Source: an uncultured delta proteobacterium (GTDB lineage: Bacteria > Myxococcota_A > Polyangia > Fen-1088). Taken from it: a DNA stretch of 64,000 bases. Of this stretch, positions 59,410 to 64,000 are shown one piece after another (within the stretch, counting starts at the first letter, position 1; each line of letters begins with the position of its first letter). The notes below the pieces were generated by a model. That model saw only the letters and a program-made list of their open reading frames with translations, was not told the DNA's origin and did not search any database. Made by a program: the position numbers and the translations under genes. Location of the stretch: contig CAVWIP010000018.1 in NCBI GenBank assembly GCA_963755125.1, positions 128,001-192,000 on the forward strand, in the 5' to 3' direction.

Positions 59410-62052
59410 TCAGTCCTTCTTGACGCCGTGGTGCTGCATCTGTGCCAACTCGATCAGCTCGTTCTTCAGCCGCCTGGTTTCGCGGGTTGCCTCGTCGACG
59501 CCACGCCAAGAGTACCACTCCGCCTGGTTTTCCGCGATCGACTCGATGGCCTCGTAGTCCACGTCGGGATGGATCTCCAGCAGGTAGGCGCGGCGGCTGG
59601 CTTCGACCGATACGACTTCGTAGGCCTTGGTGGCGCGCGCCAGGATCTTGGCCGCCGCCGCGGGCGCCGCCTGCTCGCCCCGGCCGCCCGGGCCCAGCAT
59701 CTCCTGCAGGGAGCGATAGGCGCGATCGATGTCGGCGCGCGGAACGCTCCAGTGCACCCCCAGCGCATCGAAGTGATCGACCCGATCCATCTTGGCGGCA
59801 CGCGCGTTCAGCCGATCGGCCAGCGTCTCGCCGCCCACGTGCTCGGCCGGCAGCCATTCCAAGGCGCCAAAGATGTGCAGGATGAACAGGATCTGGACCG
59901 CGGTGTCCTTGCCGATGCCGCCGCGGGAAAAGATGTCCGCGGCGGAGGTGACCCCATCCATGACGTGCTCGACGAAACGGAGTTCGCGCGGTGACAGTCC
60001 CATCAACGGGATGAGGGGCGAGCGGCTCTGCACCACGTGCGGCGCATCGTTCAGATGAGGTTCGATGACCTTCATGACATCGGCCAAGTTGAACGAGCGC
60101 AGCGCTGAGCGGATGCCATGGACGATCACGCTGACCGCCGGGATCCGCTTGACGTTCTGATGCACGGGCGCTTCACCCGTGAGCTTGTATTGGCCTTCCG
60201 GCCACTCGAAGCTGCGGCGAAGCTGCTCCATCTCGAGCGGGCTGCCGCCCACACCGCCGCGAAGCACGGCGATGCTGGTGCGGGCGGATTTGTAGGTCAG
60301 CTTGAGGGTTCCGTTCAGATGCCGGCGCCGGCCGATGGCCAGCAAGAGCACCGGGATGGACAGGGGCGGTTGCAGGCGCAGCGACCCGCCCAACGACAGC
60401 GCCGCCAGATCGCGGGCCGTGCGCGGGTTCTTGAAGACGCCCTCCGAGGGCAAGGTGGCCTCGTGTCCCGCCGCGGGTGCCATCGGACGCTCAGGCTCCA
60501 GCACGGGCGGCGTGTCGGAGCAACTCACCGGCGGAGACGGGGCCGACGGGACGCTCGCGGGCTGGGGCGAATAGTGAGGCGGGTCCAGAAGATCGTGCGC
60601 CGACGGCGGCCCCTGGTGCAGAAAGGGCTCGGACGGGGCAGTGGCGGTGCCGGCAAGATCGGGCGGGGGCGTGATGATCGGCGCCTCGTGCACCGGGTCC
60701 GAACCGCCCGCGGGCGTGGGCCGCAGGTCAGGCGAGAATTCGACCTCGGCCGGGGCCACCGCGGAATTCGGAGCGGTGGGCTGGTCGTTGACCCTCTCGG
60801 GCGCAGCCTCAGCCTCGTCTGCGGCAGCCGGGTTCTCGACCAAGAGGTCAGGCGGTTCGGCTGCGGGGAAAGGTGACGTGAGAATCAGGTCAGGGGTAGG
60901 GGTGAAGAAGGGAGCCGGCATGGGCTGGCCCCAGCCCGCGCCCGCCGCCACGTCGCTCGGCGGTTGAAGCGAATCGAGGATCTCGAGGCGAATCTCACCC
61001 GTGGCCGCCGCAGCAAGTAAGGCCGCCCCGCGCGCCACGGTGCCCTCCGTGTCGCCGCCCTTGTGCGGCTCGCGGCCGAACAGCTTCGCCACCTGCACGC
61101 GCACGTCCGGCATACGCGCCAGGCCGCCCACCAGGATCAGTTCCGTCACCTGTGCCAACTCGATCCCCGCCTGGCCCGCTGCCTCCCGGCACACGGTTTC
61201 CAGGGCATCGCACAACGGCCGCGCCAAGCTCTCCACCAGCGGACGATCGACGCGGGTCGCCAGCGTGCTCGATACCCCGATGAAGGGCGCCAAGAAAGGC
61301 ATGCTGACATCCACCGTCGTCAGGCTGGAGAGGTTGATGCGCGCGTTCTCGCACTGCTCGCGCAACAACCCGTAGCAGACGCGGTCCTTCAGGATCTGGC
61401 GTTCGCGGTCGGGGGCAACTTTGTGGGCTATGGCGCGAACCAGTTGGCCGTCCAGCCAGCTACCGCCGATGGTCGCGTCCACGCTGCGGCCCAAAGCCGT
61501 CACCTGGCCGGGCGCCAGCGAGACGATGGCGGCCTCCAGCTTCCAAGCGCCCGCGTCCACCACCGCGACCGTGCCGGTGAGCGAACGCTCGATCATGTGC
61601 GCCGCCGCGGCCAGGGTGGTCGAAACCTCGGTGCCCAGTGGCTTGACGCCGGCTCGATTGGCCGCCTGGTCAAGGGCCTGGCGCGCCTCGGGACTGGCCC
61701 ACGCCGCCCGTGACAACACCACACCTTCGATCTCGGCGCCCAGGGCTGCGTGCCCCGCGCACAGGGCTTCCTTGAGCAGCCACGAAACCAGTTCCTCGGG
61801 CTGGTAACTCGCCTCGCCCAGCCTGACCACGCCGCCGCCCAGATGGCGGGCGGGTCCGAAGAGCACCTCCTTGGGCGACACCAACAGGTGGGCGCGGGCT
61901 GCCGATCCGACCAATGGCCGGCCCCGGCCCCAGGCCACCACCGACGGCATGTGGGCCTGCCCATCCGCGGCAGCCACGGCCACGGCGCGCCCCCGCTGCA
62001 CGCGCGCGACGTGTAGCCGAGCACTCCCTACGTCCACTCCGAGGACTGGCAC
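59410..62052 (-). CDS. Hsp70-like ATPase domain, Pro-rich linker and C-terminal degenerate J-like domain
   Basis: LGVDVG, PSVVA, VVDAG, GG..LD..L, CE.A.I.LS and LVGG.ARMP; C-terminal DHFDALGV.....DIDRAY...AYEVV.....R.AY. Confidence 0.8.
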   Translation of the reverse strand: MPVLGVDVGSARLHVARVQRGRAVAVAAADGQAHMPSVVAWGRGRPLVGSAARAHLLVSPKEVLFGPARHLGGGVVRLGEASYQPEELVSWLLKEALCAGHAALGAEIEGVVLSRAAWASPEARQALDQAANRAGVKPLGTEVSTTLAAAAHMIERSLTGTVAVVDAGAWKLEAAIVSLAPGQVTALGRSVDATIGGSWLDGQLVRAIAHKVAPDRERQILKDRVCYGLLREQCENARINLSSLTTVDVSMPFLAPFIGVSSTLATRVDRPLVESLARPLCDALETVCREAAGQAGIELAQVTELILVGGLARMPDVRVQVAKLFGREPHKGGDTEGTVARGAALLAAAATGEIRLEILDSLQPPSDVAAGAGWGQPMPAPFFTPTPDLILTSPFPAAEPPDLLVENPAAADEAEAAPERVNDQPTAPNSAVAPAEVEFSPDLRPTPAGGSDPVHEAPIITPPPDLAGTATAPSEPFLHQGPPSAHDLLDPPHYSPQPASVPSAPSPPVSCSDTPPVLEPERPMAPAAGHEATLPSEGVFKNPRTARDLAALSLGGSLRLQPPLSIPVLLLAIGRRRHLNGTLKLTYKSARTSIAVLRGGVGGSPLEMEQLRRSFEWPEGQYKLTGEAPVHQNVKRIPAVSVIVHGIRSALRSFNLADVMKVIEPHLNDAPHVVQSRSPLIPLMGLSPRELRFVEHVMDGVTSAADIFSRGGIGKDTAVQILFILHIFGALEWLPAEHVGGETLADRLNARAAKMDRVDHFDALGVHWSVPRADIDRAYRSLQEMLGPGGRGEQAAPAAAAKILARATKAYEVVSVEASRRAYLLEIHPDVDYEAIESIAENQAEWYSWRGVDEATRETRRLKNELIELAQMQHHGVKKD

Positions 62053-62312
62053 GGTCTCACACTGGCCCTTTCACTTCCATCCTAACAGAACCGGAAACCC
62101 GCACAAGCGCGCGAGGAACCAGCTCTCGCTCGGGAAGCACGCTCGCTCTGACTTTGCGCCGTCGGCACCCAACGGCCAGTGCCTGTCGCGGTTCACCTGG
62201 TTGAGGAACCAAGACCTTGACCCCAGCAGGATGAATGGCCAGATTAGCAAAGCGTCCACGACCCGTTCTCAGCAACTCAAGCGACTGGCGATCTGTCCTT
62301 TCAACAGAAGCG

Positions 62313-63650
62313 ATGTCAAACCGTGTCGGTCCGTTCGATCGCTTTCGCAGCCGGTGGGCAGCAAACCATTTTGTCTTGCTCGCGGCCGCCGCATCAGTCT
62401 TGACGACCACGTGCGTGGGGAACGCGAGCAGCCAGAAGCAGGTGACGCCACCGCAAGAGATCCTGCCGGTCCTGGTCACGCTCGGGAACCAGCATCAGAT
62501 CATCGCGGGGTTCGGCGCCTCCAGCGCATGGACCACGCCTTCCCTCACCGATGCCGAGGCCGATGAGTTCTTTTCGCCTGACACGGGCATCGGGCTTTCC
62601 CTGCTGCGCGTGCGCATCGCTCCCGACGGAACCACCGATGAACTTGCGACCGCTCAGAGCGCAGTGGCCCGCGGCGTGTCGGTGTGGGCAACGCCCTGGT
62701 CGCCACCGGCAGAGTGGAAAAGCAACGACTCCACCACCAACGGCGGTTACTTGATTCCCGACTACGCGCAGGCTTGGGCCAACCAGCTCGCGGCTTTTGC
62801 AACGCAGATGGCGAGTGCCGGGGTTCCGCTTCTCGCCCTGTCCGCGCAGAACGAGCCGGGTTATGTGGCCAATTGGGAGACCTGTCTCTATTCGCCGACT
62901 CAACTGGTTGGGTTCATACGCGACAACCTCGGCCCTGCCTTGACGGCACAAGGTTTGACCATCCCCATCCTTGCGCCTGAGACGCAGAATTGGAACAGCT
63001 TCGCGAGCTATGCCGATCCCATTGTCGCCGATACACAATGCGCGGCGTATGTCGGCATCCTGGCGACACACGACTACGGCGGGACTCCCTTCCTATATGC
63101 GTCTGCCTCGGCCGTGGGCAAGCAAGTGTGGGAAACCGAAGTCTACGATGGCACCGCGGGCAGCGATCCCGGTATCGACTCGGGCTTGCGGGTGGCAAAG
63201 ATGATCCACGATCATCTGGTCATCGCCGAGGTGAACGCCTGGCACTACTGGTGGCTCAAACCGAACGCGGACACTGCGCCCGACAACTCGGCACTCACTA
63301 CCATTGATGGGCAGGTCACGGGACGCGCCTATGCCCTTGGCAACTGGAGCCGCTTCGTGCGTCCAGGATTCGTCCGCGTGGACGCGACCGCGAGTCCGCA
63401 GGACTACGTCTACGTCACAGCCTTCGCCGATCCGGTCAGCGGACGCGTGGTCATCGTCGCCATCAACTTGAACAGCACGGGCGTAGAGCAGGTCTTCTCG
63501 ATTCCCGGCAGCCTGCTGGCCGCCATGACTCCCTGGATCACTTCCGCGGATCTCGCGCTGACATCCGCAGATCCCGTGGCGCTCGCCGATGCAGGATTCA
63601 CCTTCACACTACCCGGCCGCAGCGTCACCACTTTCGTCGGGGATCCATAG
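62313..63650 (+). CDS. GH30 glycoside hydrolase (glucuronoxylanase XynC-like)
   Basis: QIIAGFGAS, GLSLLRVRI, WATPWSPPAEWK, QNEP, WETE, AWHYWW, RFVRPGFVR and SVTTFV. Confidence 0.9.
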   Translation: MSNRVGPFDRFRSRWAANHFVLLAAAASVLTTTCVGNASSQKQVTPPQEILPVLVTLGNQHQIIAGFGASSAWTTPSLTDAEADEFFSPDTGIGLSLLRVRIAPDGTTDELATAQSAVARGVSVWATPWSPPAEWKSNDSTTNGGYLIPDYAQAWANQLAAFATQMASAGVPLLALSAQNEPGYVANWETCLYSPTQLVGFIRDNLGPALTAQGLTIPILAPETQNWNSFASYADPIVADTQCAAYVGILATHDYGGTPFLYASASAVGKQVWETEVYDGTAGSDPGIDSGLRVAKMIHDHLVIAEVNAWHYWWLKPNADTAPDNSALTTIDGQVTGRAYALGNWSRFVRPGFVRVDATASPQDYVYVTAFADPVSGRVVIVAINLNSTGVEQVFSIPGSLLAAMTPWITSADLALTSADPVALADAGFTFTLPGRSVTTFVGDP

Positions 63651-63726
63651 CGACACCGATGCAAAAGCTCCCGCGGCCGCACTGGTTGGCCCATGCGACC
63701 GCCGGCCCGGCCGGCTGGCCCGTATT

Positions 63727-64000
63727 CTACTTCTTCTCTGCAGCCGGCTCGCAGCTCTTCACTTCGACCGTGCGGCTGCCTCGTGGTCCGTAGCGCTTGA
63801 CCACTCCCAGCTCAGGCCAGAGCGAGCTTCTGCGCAGGACCGCCAGTACCGGCGCCTCCAGGCTATCGGCGTCAGTCCCATAGACTCCGAGATCTGGTCG
63901 TCGGTCAAATGCGCATTCCTTGCCCAGATGCACGCGGGGGTTTCCTTCCAGCACGGCGCCTGCCAGTTGCATCTCGAACCCTGCAAGGTCCGGCTCCTTG
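63727..64000 (-). CDS. Hypothetical protein (partial, enters from right edge)
   Basis: Frame open to the edge: ...VYGTDADSLEAPVLAVLRRS....VVKRYG...*. Confidence 0.5.
   Translation of the reverse strand, partial: KEPDLAGFEMQLAGAVLEGNPRVHLGKECAFDRRPDLGVYGTDADSLEAPVLAVLRRSSLWPELGVVKRYGPRGSRTVEVKSCEPAAEKK

Overview
GC-rich bacterial DNA. The gene families (Cys-rich lipoproteins, PEGA/TPR proteins, Pro-rich Ser/Thr kinase, FecR-like anti-sigma, MYXO-CTERM-like tail) point to Myxococcota, probably Polyangia; this is inference. Housekeeping islands are rph-rdgB, 2-oxoacid dehydrogenase E1beta-E2-E1alpha plus a distant lpdA-galE, a double FKBP, an OPT and an AmpG-like MFS transporter. Between them lie many lipoprotein glycoside hydrolases with long Gly/Thr/Ser linkers (2x GH79, GH78, GH28, 2x GH5, plus a GH30) and a DcaP-like porin. 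Three ECF sigma factors, a CheR-PAS-HK-REC hybrid and several IS remnants (IS1634, IS5, IS21 istB, IS66) are also present. Best candidate for a new system: a tandem ECF-sigma / FecR-type anti-sigma module whose extracytoplasmic C-terminal domain visibly aligns with the C-terminal domain of two linker-tethered lipoproteins in the same window, suggesting a glycan-sensing anti-sigma analogous to clostridial RsgI. Other highlights are a SusCD-free PUL-like island bounded by IS scars, a catalytically degenerate GHMP-fold membrane protein sharing a C-terminal RAGxLSxDDF tail with the divergent Ser/Thr kinase, and a degenerate Hsp70/J-domain fusion. No rRNA, tRNA or CRISPR array was seen. All family calls come from motifs recognised by eye, not from database searches.
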